Assembly: GCA_965215365.1 (NCBI GenBank)
Contig: CBDCDS010000003.1
Span: 1,824,001 to 1,888,000 of the forward strand
Source: Gammaproteobacteria bacterium
GTDB lineage: Bacteria; Pseudomonadota; Gammaproteobacteria; Eutrophobiales; Eutrophobiaceae
Direction of reading: 5' to 3'
Length of the DNA stretch: 64,000 nucleotides
The notes under the pieces: model-generated
Seen by the model: only the letters and a program-made list of their open reading frames with translations
Database searches by the model: none
Told to the model about the DNA's origin: nothing
Made by a program: the position numbers and the translations under genes
Shown: positions 56,449-64,000 of the stretch, piece by piece
Layout: the number at the start of each line of letters is the position of its first letter
Numbering within the stretch: position 1 is the first letter of the stretch

Positions 56449-57072
56449 ATGAAAAAGACGAAAATGCCGGATGTGCATCAAGCCCTGCTCGGACGCGCCA
56501 CCTCGTTGCCGGTTACTAACAGGCACTATGTCCACGGCCGGCCATTGCAGCCGCCATTTCCCGAAGAACTGGAGCGAGCGCTATTCGGACTGGGTTGCTT
56601 CTGGGGCGCAGAACGGAAATTCTGGCAACTTGACGGCGTTTACACCACCGCGGTCGGCTATGCCGGTGGTTTTACGCCCAATCCGACCTACCAGGAAGTG
56701 TGCAGCGGGCTGACCGGCCATAACGAAGTCACGCTGGTAGTCCATGACCCCGGCGTTATCTCCTATTACAAGCTGCTGCAAGTATTCTGGGAGGCGCACG
56801 ACCCGACCCAGGGCATGCGCCAGGGTAACGATACGGGGACCCAGTACCGCTCCGGTATTTATACCTGTTCCGAACAGCAGAAAAATACAGCCATCGACAC
56901 CCGCAACAGCTATCAGGCGCTACTGCAAGTAAAGGGTTACGGCAGGATTACCACCGAGATCATCGACGCTCCGGTGTTCTATTATGCCGAAGACTACCAT
57001 CAGCAATACCTGGCCAAAAACCCCGGTGGTTACTGTGGTTCGGGTGGGACCGGAGTTTGTTTCGGCATCTAA
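56449..57072 (+). CDS. msrA: Peptide-methionine (S)-S-oxide reductase
   Basis: [25 protein letters not shown] and [15 protein letters not shown]. Confidence 0.96.
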   Translation: MKKTKMPDVHQALLGRATSLPVTNRHYVHGRPLQPPFPEELERALFGLGCFWGAERKFWQLDGVYTTAVGYAGGFTPNPTYQEVCSGLTGHNEVTLVVHDPGVISYYKLLQVFWEAHDPTQGMRQGNDTGTQYRSGIYTCSEQQKNTAIDTRNSYQALLQVKGYGRITTEIIDAPVFYYAEDYHQQYLAKNPGGYCGSGGTGVCFGI

Positions 57073-57087
57073 AAATACCCAAGCCCG

Positions 57088-57573
57088 TCACCCTGGCAAA
57101 TCCGCGGCGTATTTCCTGATCCATTCCTGCGCAGCGCTATCGCGGTTGAGGGCAAATGGGCCTTCACGCAATTTCTTTTCCTGTATGTAGTCTTCGATGT
57201 AGCAGGACTGTTCCAGGATACGCATACGGCTGGAGTCTGCGCGAGTCGCCAGCCATAAGCCTATTTCATAGTAGCCGTCCCGTTCCCGCACCATGACCAC
57301 CCTGCCGCGCAGCTTTTCCGGTTTATTTTGCAGGCCGATGGAAACTTCGATAAACTCGCCCGGTTGCAGACGTTTATTGGATTCAAACAACAGGCCAACA
57401 TTGCCACGCTCAGCCGTTGACGGGCAGTCTTCAGCGTCAGGCAGAAGCCGTTTGTAATCCAGCGGAATATCGTGGCGGTGGTGAATGAACCCCGTTTGCG
57501 CGTCAGTAATAGGGAGGCCGGCGGCATCTCTACGGCTGCTTCGGCGCATATCACTTGAGCCTGTTCCCATCAT
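57088..57573 (-). CDS. PilZ-like domain protein
   Basis: FIHHRHDIPL...GLLF...GRVV...YEIG...RILEQSCYIEDY...AAQEWIRKYA. The RxxxR motif is degenerate. Confidence 0.65.
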   Translation of the reverse strand: MMGTGSSDMRRSSRRDAAGLPITDAQTGFIHHRHDIPLDYKRLLPDAEDCPSTAERGNVGLLFESNKRLQPGEFIEVSIGLQNKPEKLRGRVVMVRERDGYYEIGLWLATRADSSRMRILEQSCYIEDYIQEKKLREGPFALNRDSAAQEWIRKYAADLPG

Positions 57574-57655
57574 ATTTTTTGCAAGTTGTAACAACACGGC
57601 TGTTCCCCTGATTGCGGTCATCGGCAGTATTGTATATACCATCGGCGAATGAAAA

Positions 57656-58819
57656 TCAAGTGTTTTTTTCAATAAAACATGAGGTTAAGTTATCTACATG
57701 ATGTTTAGCCTGAACAAAGACATTGGGCGTGTCAGGCCGCGCGCACATCATCAGAAAGAAAATATACGCCTTGACCTGCTCAACCCGGTTTGCGTCCATG
57801 ACGAACTTGAGATGGTGTATGCCGCGCACCAGCATGATCGGCCCGCCCTTGGCAAACAGCGTAGTCGAACCCGTTGACCAGCGGGTGAGATCCGCTAGTT
57901 TCTGCGGCAGGGCGTGGCCGCGCGCGCCGCTGCCGTCGATGACTGCGCGCCAGGGCCCTATGTCTTTCAGCCACCCTTTTTCCTGTGCGAAGAAGCTCAG
58001 CCCCAGTGCCGCGCCCACGCCACTTGCGGTGACATCGAAATGGATGCCCAAGTACGCGAACGCGTTGCGTTCGGCGAAGAACGACACCACTTCACCGACG
58101 GCCGCCGGCGGCCCCGGCCAGCCGTTGCGTTGCAGGAACGCGGTCACGTCGCCGGCGCGCTTAAAGCCGGTCACGGCAATCCGCAGCGTCCGTTGTCGAT
58201 CCGGAAAGGTGCCAAGGGCCTTGACGATCGTGTCGGGCGTGAGCGTCGCGTACACCCGTTCTAACTGTTGACGTTCCGCTGCGTCCGCGTCCCAGCCGCC
58301 GGCAAACATCAGCGCGTCGTGCACTGCGCGCAGTTCCTGGCGCCGCCCGGTGCCACCCGCCAGCACCTCGTCAACGGGGTAGAGAAAAATGCCGGGGCGC
58401 GGGCGCGCATCATCCGGGCCTGCATCGATGTCGTACTCCAGCAGCATTTTGCTGCCGACCACACGCCGCAGCAGGGAGTCCTCACGCTCGGTCTGGTGCA
58501 GCAGCCAGACCAGCGCTGCCGCCGGATCGTCATCCGCGGTTGCACAGCGTTCCTGGTATTGCGCTGCGCTGCGGCTGTCGCCGACCAGTGTAACGCCGAA
58601 ATCCGCCCTCGGTTCTGGATCGTGCAGCGGTATCTCAAAACCAAACGGGAAGGCGCCCAGCGTTGCCGGCACTTCATGGGCGCGTGCCACCAGTCGCTCC
58701 CAGCCCGGGCCGTTAATCAGGTGCGTGGAAATATGCGACCTGAGCTGCGTCAGCAGCTGCCCCATGGAACCTGCCGTCAATAGCAGGCATTCCTCTGTAT
58801 AGGACCAGCTTTCTTTCAT
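57656..58819 (-). CDS. Uncharacterised RiPP-associated protein (~387 aa), possible ABBA/prenyltransferase-barrel fold
   Basis: Starts 20 bp after the ycaO stop. Alternating short beta-strand-like motifs: FGFEIPL, RADFGV, LLEYDI, GIFLY, LRIAV, GIHFDV, LGLSF, HHLKF and VKAYIF. Confidence 0.55.
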   Translation of the reverse strand: MKESWSYTEECLLLTAGSMGQLLTQLRSHISTHLINGPGWERLVARAHEVPATLGAFPFGFEIPLHDPEPRADFGVTLVGDSRSAAQYQERCATADDDPAAALVWLLHQTEREDSLLRRVVGSKMLLEYDIDAGPDDARPRPGIFLYPVDEVLAGGTGRRQELRAVHDALMFAGGWDADAAERQQLERVYATLTPDTIVKALGTFPDRQRTLRIAVTGFKRAGDVTAFLQRNGWPGPPAAVGEVVSFFAERNAFAYLGIHFDVTASGVGAALGLSFFAQEKGWLKDIGPWRAVIDGSGARGHALPQKLADLTRWSTGSTTLFAKGGPIMLVRGIHHLKFVMDANRVEQVKAYIFFLMMCARPDTPNVFVQAKHHVDNLTSCFIEKNT

Positions 58820-58838
58820 AGTGACTTTCGGTAACTGC

Positions 58839-61148
58839 TCAAGCAATGACCGGGGCCGGATTGAGCTGCTGCTCAGTGAGCGCTTGCTCACGCCAGCCCA
58901 TTGCCACCGGCACTTCGTACAGGCGTCCCGGTGCGAAGCGCGCCCAATAGTGACGCAGGCCGGGCACGATGACCCGCACCACCGGCAGGCCGATGTCGGG
59001 ACGGGTCTGGTCCAGCACCAGAAATTCCAGGCCCTTGGCTTCGACCAACGCCTGACAGTGTTCCACATCTGCGCGCACGTCTTCGGTTTCGGGCACGGAG
59101 TAACAAGACTTGCCGCGCGGCGCCTCGGTCGCCGGCGCCAGATACGGATGTTTGGCAAGCGTGGCATTGCGCAGCCACCACAAGCACTGCGGATCCTCAA
59201 TCTGGTAACCGCTGCCGCCGGGAGCGGCGCCCTGCACCGCGTTTAAGCACTGGTTCAGCTCGCACACGGCGCGCAAGACCGCGAGGTGCGGATCCAGGTG
59301 TGCGCCGGCGCCGTAGATGATGTCTTCGGTCTGCTTGTCGGTGCGCCGCGAAAGCGCGACAAAGGTCGGAATGCCGAGGTCGCCGGTGACATCAAGCACC
59401 CACAGCTCGCGCTTTAAGCCTTGGTAATAAGCGCTTGCGTCTGCCAGGTATTCGTCCTCGAAACTGTCCAGGTCCACAGCCGGCACGCGCAGCTGATTAT
59501 ACCACCATACTGCGAAGGCATCGCGTTCGACCAGTTCAAAAAACCCCTGAAGGATCGCCTCCTCCAGCGTATTACCGGCTGCGCAACCGTTTGAATCTGC
59601 TACGAAATCTGTGATTCCCCGGCCATTTGTCGATTTGGCGTAGTAGAGTAGAGAGGTCGGCAGATAGCGCGTCCGCGCCCGGGTCAGCGACCATACCGGT
59701 GACCAATCTGTCTCTGCCTCCGGGTCCAAGCGCGGCGGCACCACGTTGTAGGGATGGCCGCCAGCATTGATGCGGGCGGCATCATCCAGCTGCAGTTCGC
59801 TGAACAGCTGCACCGCGTTGGGGTGGATGGCGTCCGGCTCCGCGCTCGCGACAAAGTCGGTGAACCGTTTGCGGCAGTAGATCTCATCGCCGTGGAAGGC
59901 GCCGCAATAGCGCTCCAGCGCTTCACACAGGGCGCTGACCTCGGACTGCTGTGCGGTGCTGCCCTTGCCCGCGCTTTTCGTACGCAGGCTGCGGCGCAGT
60001 ATCTCCAGAGTGCGGTTTTTGAGCGCCAGATTGCTGCCGGCCCAGTGCACATGCAGCCAGGGGTCGGTGGCGTCGGTAGTGCGCTTTAACCAGGTGATGA
60101 CGCCCCCGACAGGACCTATCAGATGACGATATTTTGCCAGGGTTTGCGCGGCCGGGACTGCGCGCATGCCACCGCTATTACGCACGCGCTTCGGGCTCGC
60201 TTGCAATCGCACCGGCCGCGGTTCCCGGTCGTTGCGGTAGAGCGCCTCGTCACCACAGGCCAGGCATTGGGGACGGCGCCTGATCGGGTGGCGTTGCAGA
60301 GCCAGATCGGCCGTATCCAGGGAAACTGCATGGTCATGCAGCGCCGCGGTCTCGCCGAATACCAGCCATTTGGCGATTGCAACTGCGGCAACGCCGGCAA
60401 CTGCTTCTAAGGCCGCGGGCGCGCTGGCCTTGGGGGGCAGGGCAATGTCGCCGTCGGTCAGGTTGCGCAGAAAGTTATGGACTTCCTGGTGGCCGCGCAG
60501 GCGGTAGGCGAGGCAGGCCCAGCAAGAACCCTGTTGCGCCGGGCGGAATACCGGACCGAACAGAGGTTGCAGGCCACTGGGCCGGAACAGCATCCAGGGT
60601 ACGCCGGAGGCAAGGTGTTGTTGATTGATTGCCGCGTGTTGTTCGTTCAGGTAGTCGTCGCAGAGGATGATGGAGAGCACCGCCCCGGCGCCGTCTGCGG
60701 CCACATTCACGCCCATGGCCTCAAGCCGCCGGTCAAGATTGCCGGCGTTGCCGGTAATGGTTACGGGCGCCGCCGCCAGCCGCTCCCGGACAAAGCGGGG
60801 AGAGGCGCCCAGCGCAGTCCAGAACGCAGCCGTGCCGGCGTCCATATCGTGTTCGCCGGAGACGACGTAGCCCTTGCCGGCCAGCGTCACCAGCGCCGTT
60901 CTGACGGCTGCCTCCGTATGCTTTTCAGCCAAGGCGGCGACCAGCTCCGGGAAGCTGCGCCGACCGTCCAGCAACGGCAACAGCTCCGGGTAGATAGCCC
61001 CGTGCAGCAAGGTATTGGCGGCTTCCGAGAGCAGGAACACCTGCCTTTCGTCGAATGCGTGGAAGGTGAAATGCGGCGCTAACGCCGGCTGTTCAATGAG
61101 ACCGGTATCGGCGTCGGTTTTGTGGGAAACTCTTGCGGGGGGTGGCAC
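58839..61148 (-). CDS. TOMM fused cyclodehydratase (RRE/E1-like + YcaO)
   Basis: GPVFRP...CWACL, RRPQCLACG, SAGKG...SALCEALERY, DSNGCAAG, ELVERDA, VVRVIVPGLRH and a Pro-rich C-terminus LNPAPVIA. Confidence 0.93.
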   Translation of the reverse strand: MPPPARVSHKTDADTGLIEQPALAPHFTFHAFDERQVFLLSEAANTLLHGAIYPELLPLLDGRRSFPELVAALAEKHTEAAVRTALVTLAGKGYVVSGEHDMDAGTAAFWTALGASPRFVRERLAAAPVTITGNAGNLDRRLEAMGVNVAADGAGAVLSIILCDDYLNEQHAAINQQHLASGVPWMLFRPSGLQPLFGPVFRPAQQGSCWACLAYRLRGHQEVHNFLRNLTDGDIALPPKASAPAALEAVAGVAAVAIAKWLVFGETAALHDHAVSLDTADLALQRHPIRRRPQCLACGDEALYRNDREPRPVRLQASPKRVRNSGGMRAVPAAQTLAKYRHLIGPVGGVITWLKRTTDATDPWLHVHWAGSNLALKNRTLEILRRSLRTKSAGKGSTAQQSEVSALCEALERYCGAFHGDEIYCRKRFTDFVASAEPDAIHPNAVQLFSELQLDDAARINAGGHPYNVVPPRLDPEAETDWSPVWSLTRARTRYLPTSLLYYAKSTNGRGITDFVADSNGCAAGNTLEEAILQGFFELVERDAFAVWWYNQLRVPAVDLDSFEDEYLADASAYYQGLKRELWVLDVTGDLGIPTFVALSRRTDKQTEDIIYGAGAHLDPHLAVLRAVCELNQCLNAVQGAAPGGSGYQIEDPQCLWWLRNATLAKHPYLAPATEAPRGKSCYSVPETEDVRADVEHCQALVEAKGLEFLVLDQTRPDIGLPVVRVIVPGLRHYWARFAPGRLYEVPVAMGWREQALTEQQLNPAPVIA

Positions 61149-61167
61149 AAATTAAATCACAGAACAA

Positions 61168-61203
61168 CCGCCTTCCTCGATGGGCAACCGCCGAGGAAGG
61201 CGG
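61168..61203 (-). terminator. Stem-loop between the precursor and ycaO (attenuator/stabiliser)
   Basis: 12-bp stem CCGCCTTCCTCG/CGAGGAAGGCGG, followed by a weak U tract (TTGTTCT) on the minus strand. Confidence 0.6.
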
Positions 61204-61215
61204 AGCAAAACAAGC

Positions 61216-61494
61216 TCAGCAGCACAGAGCAACGCCGAAGCCACCACTAATTCCTTCCAGCTGTTCTTCGCTAAGCTCAGCCACCGGCAGCGCCAGATGC
61301 AGGGTGCTCATATCACTCTCGTGGACTTTCACATCAATTGCGTCGGGGAGTTCGATACCCAACTCCTCAGCGATGGCGCCTTTGGGGTCGGAAAGCAAAA
61401 AACTGCGGAATCCCTCATCGCTAATTGCCCTATCGGTAAGCTGACGACGCATATCCTCAGCAGTTTGCATTCGTGATTGCCAATCAGTATTCAT
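61216..61494 (-). CDS. NHLP (nitrile hydratase-like leader) RiPP precursor; predicted core FGVALCC
   Basis: RA..DEGFRSFLLSDPKGAI.EELG..LP....VKVHE.....HLALP..ELSEEQLEGISGG double-Gly leader. RBS GAGGTG. Confidence 0.93.
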   Translation of the reverse strand: MNTDWQSRMQTAEDMRRQLTDRAISDEGFRSFLLSDPKGAIAEELGIELPDAIDVKVHESDMSTLHLALPVAELSEEQLEGISGGFGVALCC

Positions 61495-61559
61495 AAGTTC
61501 ACCTCATCATGTTCGCAAATTGAGCCCGCCCATAAATTGGGCGACCTCTAGGACCGTGA

Positions 61560-61588
61560 ATTGTACCAATTCGGAGGCATAAAGTCAA
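61560..61588 (-). promoter_or_regulatory. Near-consensus sigma70 promoter for the RiPP precursor
   Basis: TTGACT-17 bp-TACAAT with an extended -10 TGn. Confidence 0.65.
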
Positions 61589-61661
61589 GCAATTGTCCAG
61601 GTTCAATACATATGAGACTCAGAGGCAGGCTGTGTGAGTTGTTGATAATACTCCATCGGGG

Positions 61662-61829
61662 TCAATAAACCCATACCGTCATGCGGCCGGTAGGTATTAG
61701 GGTCTGTCCATGTAACAGTGCGGCATCAGGCAGGATATCCCGCGCCCATGAACTTTTGCCAACGCCGCGCACACCGAACAGAAAAAAGCTGCGCGCAGGT
61801 AACCGAGTGATCCTTTGGTATAGCATAAA
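61662..61829 (-). pseudogene. 5' remnant of an AAA+ ATPase (DUF4143-associated type)
   Basis: YQR....P.RSFFLFGVRGVGKSSW Walker A start, after which the sequence degenerates. Confidence 0.55.
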
Positions 61830-62090
61830 GTCAAAAATAGCCGAAAACTGATGGTATAGCAAGCAATATACTGATGGACGCGGCGCGGCGGGTTACTCGT
61901 CGGACGCCTCCTGTTCGAGCGGGCAGTATTCATGCACGACGCCGTCGGGACGCCTGACGCCATCGACCATGCGAAATCCTGAGACGGCGAGCTGAGGTCG
62001 GGTCAACAGCTGGTGCCAGGACTTGAGTATGTAGTGAGTGAGCGGTTTGTTGTGGTATGCGGGTTCACTCATGGTTGGTGTTGTGATGTG

Positions 62091-62921
62091 TCAAATGTTG
62101 GTAACGAGCGCCTCAACCATCGGTTTCCGGTTTTTTTCACTGGCCCCCACATGGTAGAAGTGCTCCCGTTGAAGAATATTGAACCTATTCCATAACAATT
62201 CTATGTAGTCGTTTTTTCTGTAATCGTTATGATGCCACGTGGACAGGATAAATCGGCTTTGACTTGACGATATGGCATCAAACAACCGCTTTTCACTATT
62301 ACCATCCCAGCCGTTGTAATAGTCAACATACCGGTCTATGTACGGCGGATCGCAGTAGATAATATCCTCGCTATTGCCTGCGGCAATGGTCTTTTCAAAC
62401 GGCTGACAAATGAATGTGAAACGCTTTGCAGCCAGAAAATCGGCTATATGGGAGACTTGATTAACTATTTTCGTGATATAGGCTCGCGCGAATCGTTGTG
62501 GTTTTTTACAGAACGGGACATTGAAAGAACCATGCCGGTTAAACCGGATCATGCCGTTAAATCCGGCCCGGTTAAGAAACAGGAAATCAAGCGGGTCATG
62601 GGACTGGTTAAAGCGCTCTCGTAGCGCGTAGTAATGCGTATCACCCTTTTCAAGCAATGCCAGCCCCTCCCTTTCAAGATAGGCTTTGACGGATATGGGT
62701 GTTATCTGCCCGTCTGCTATTCCTTGATAAAAGTTGATCAAGTGCGGATTTGAATCGCACAATACAGCCCTTTCCGGCGCAAGGTTAAAGGCTACCACAC
62801 CCGTGCCCATAAACGGCTCTATCCACAGGCCGTTAAAATCAGCGGGGATGATGCTTTTTATCCAGGGAACCAGTTTCGTTTTTATACCCTGGGACTTGAG
62901 CGGCGGGATGCTGACCTTCAC
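62091..62921 (-). CDS. M.EcoRV-like DNA adenine methyltransferase
   Basis: [56 protein letters not shown] and [13 protein letters not shown], close to M.EcoRV as recalled. Confidence 0.9.
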   Translation of the reverse strand: MKVSIPPLKSQGIKTKLVPWIKSIIPADFNGLWIEPFMGTGVVAFNLAPERAVLCDSNPHLINFYQGIADGQITPISVKAYLEREGLALLEKGDTHYYALRERFNQSHDPLDFLFLNRAGFNGMIRFNRHGSFNVPFCKKPQRFARAYITKIVNQVSHIADFLAAKRFTFICQPFEKTIAAGNSEDIIYCDPPYIDRYVDYYNGWDGNSEKRLFDAISSSQSRFILSTWHHNDYRKNDYIELLWNRFNILQREHFYHVGASEKNRKPMVEALVTNI

Positions 62922-63493
62922 GCCATAGTTCTCGCGGCTCTATTACGCTTCGAGACAATCAGGGACGGGTCGCCGTTACGATACCGAACAAAATCCGCCA
63001 GTTTCGTTATTCGGCTGGTCTTGCCGCTATCATCGGTAATGACAATTTTTCCGTAATTCATCCAGTAGTCATCGAACCATGACTCCCCTAAACGGGAAAA
63101 CATGCCGTTGCCGTTGATGATGTCCTGAATGTTATTGATACTACCTATACATAGATGCGGCCTCCCGGACTTTCGATAGGTTGTCTTGAAATCTACCGCA
63201 AACCGCACAGACTCGTCCTGTACAGACAGGAACGAAATATCAGGGTAGTAGTTTTGATGTTCCGGTAAAACCACTCTGTAACCGTGCTTGTCTGCAAATT
63301 GCATTACACGGGGGAACAGATGAATTTCCAGTATCTTTGAAACGATCTTGGTGTCAGAGGAGATCGAATACACGTTTTTGAAAACGTCAACAAAGCCCTT
63401 AACCGTCCACTGTCCATCAGGCGTACTGATATGCTCATCCAGTCCATTTACAAACTGTTTCAGTTGCGTTTCAAATATGACTTTTTCGGACAT
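62918..63493 (-). pseudogene. EcoRV-like restriction endonuclease, apparently internally deleted
   Basis: DTKIVSKILE, QNYYPD..., DFKTTY (PD..DxK) and FDDYW are present, but PHLC joins directly to IGSI, so the GSGNT recognition loop region is absent. Confidence 0.7.
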
Positions 63494-63630
63494 TGTACAT
63501 GTCCTCTTGTAATCTTCTCCTGCAACCACGCTATACCGATCCGGAATCGGAGTCAAGCTGCAACATTCCGCAAAATCCCGATGTGTATCCATTTACAATT
63601 CTCAGCACGTGACGTGCGAGATCACCAAAA

Positions 63631-64000
63631 TCAATTTCGTGCAATGTTGCGAGTGTACTTGCAGTCGGGATAATTTGAACAACCAAGGAACTGTCCGTGT
63701 TGCCCACTTCTCGTTAGCAGCCAACCGCCACAAGTCGGGCATGCCTGCACAGAACGACCGCAGTCTTGGCAACGGTATTTTTCACTGGCTTTTACCAAGA
63801 GGCCATATTTACAATTTGGACAGGAGGGTTGAGTGAAGTCACAGTACGGGTAGTTTGAGCAGCCGTAGAATGTATTCCTATTGTGAGAGTTGTCTCTTCG
63901 CTTAAGCCGCCCCTCTACACATTTCGGACAGGCAACATCTCTGTCAAGCGGTCGCCCGAATACGGTTATATCATAGCCGTCTCTTATCAATTCAGTGACG
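63631..64000 (-). CDS. C-terminus of a UvrD/helicase IV-like protein with topoisomerase C4 Zn-ribbons (partial)
   Basis: CPKC...FYGCSNYPYC and CPTC...FLGCSNYPDCKYT. The 5' end lies outside the window. Confidence 0.7.
   Translation of the reverse strand, partial: VTELIRDGYDITVFGRPLDRDVACPKCVEGRLKRRDNSHNRNTFYGCSNYPYCDFTQPSCPNCKYGLLVKASEKYRCQDCGRSVQACPTCGGWLLTRSGQHGQFLGCSNYPDCKYTRNIARN

Noticed and set aside
57656-59200. 514-aa ORF as called in the track
   Set aside because: The first ~127 codons overlap ycaO in another frame. The ATG at 58819 (or 58765) is more plausible.

Overview
This window looks like gammaproteobacterial chromosome. A core-gene backbone runs through it: hflXKC-hisZ-purA, tRNA-Leu(CAG), rnr-rlmB, zapE, an EF-G paralog, sulfite reductase, ssb/uvrA, rpsF-rpsR-rplI-dnaB-alr-radA, leuCD, phaC and msrA. 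Accessory DNA is interleaved with it. (1) At 57.6-61.6 kb is a compact RiPP locus: an NHLP precursor with the 7-residue core FGVALCC, a fused TOMM YcaO cyclodehydratase, and an uncharacterised ~387-aa protein that may have a prenyltransferase-barrel fold. (2) A 2279-bp IS66-family element carrying a DNA adenine methyltransferase passenger splits a TonB-dependent receptor in a twin-Rieske-oxygenase/MFS cluster. It has an 8-bp target duplication and 16-bp inverted repeats. (3) Several MITE families are present. One rewrote the alr stop and radA start, one rewrote the EF-G paralog C-terminus, and one forms a 243-bp tandem array. (4) An FGE/CLec-fold gene has a C-terminus resembling a DGR variable region. 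(5) Two restriction-modification loci have endonucleases that appear internally deleted. The mix of Sel1 repeats, NHLP-YcaO, eroded RM systems and MITE expansion suggests a host-associated lineage such as a sponge symbiont; this is inference only. All product calls come from reading motifs by eye, and no database search was run.
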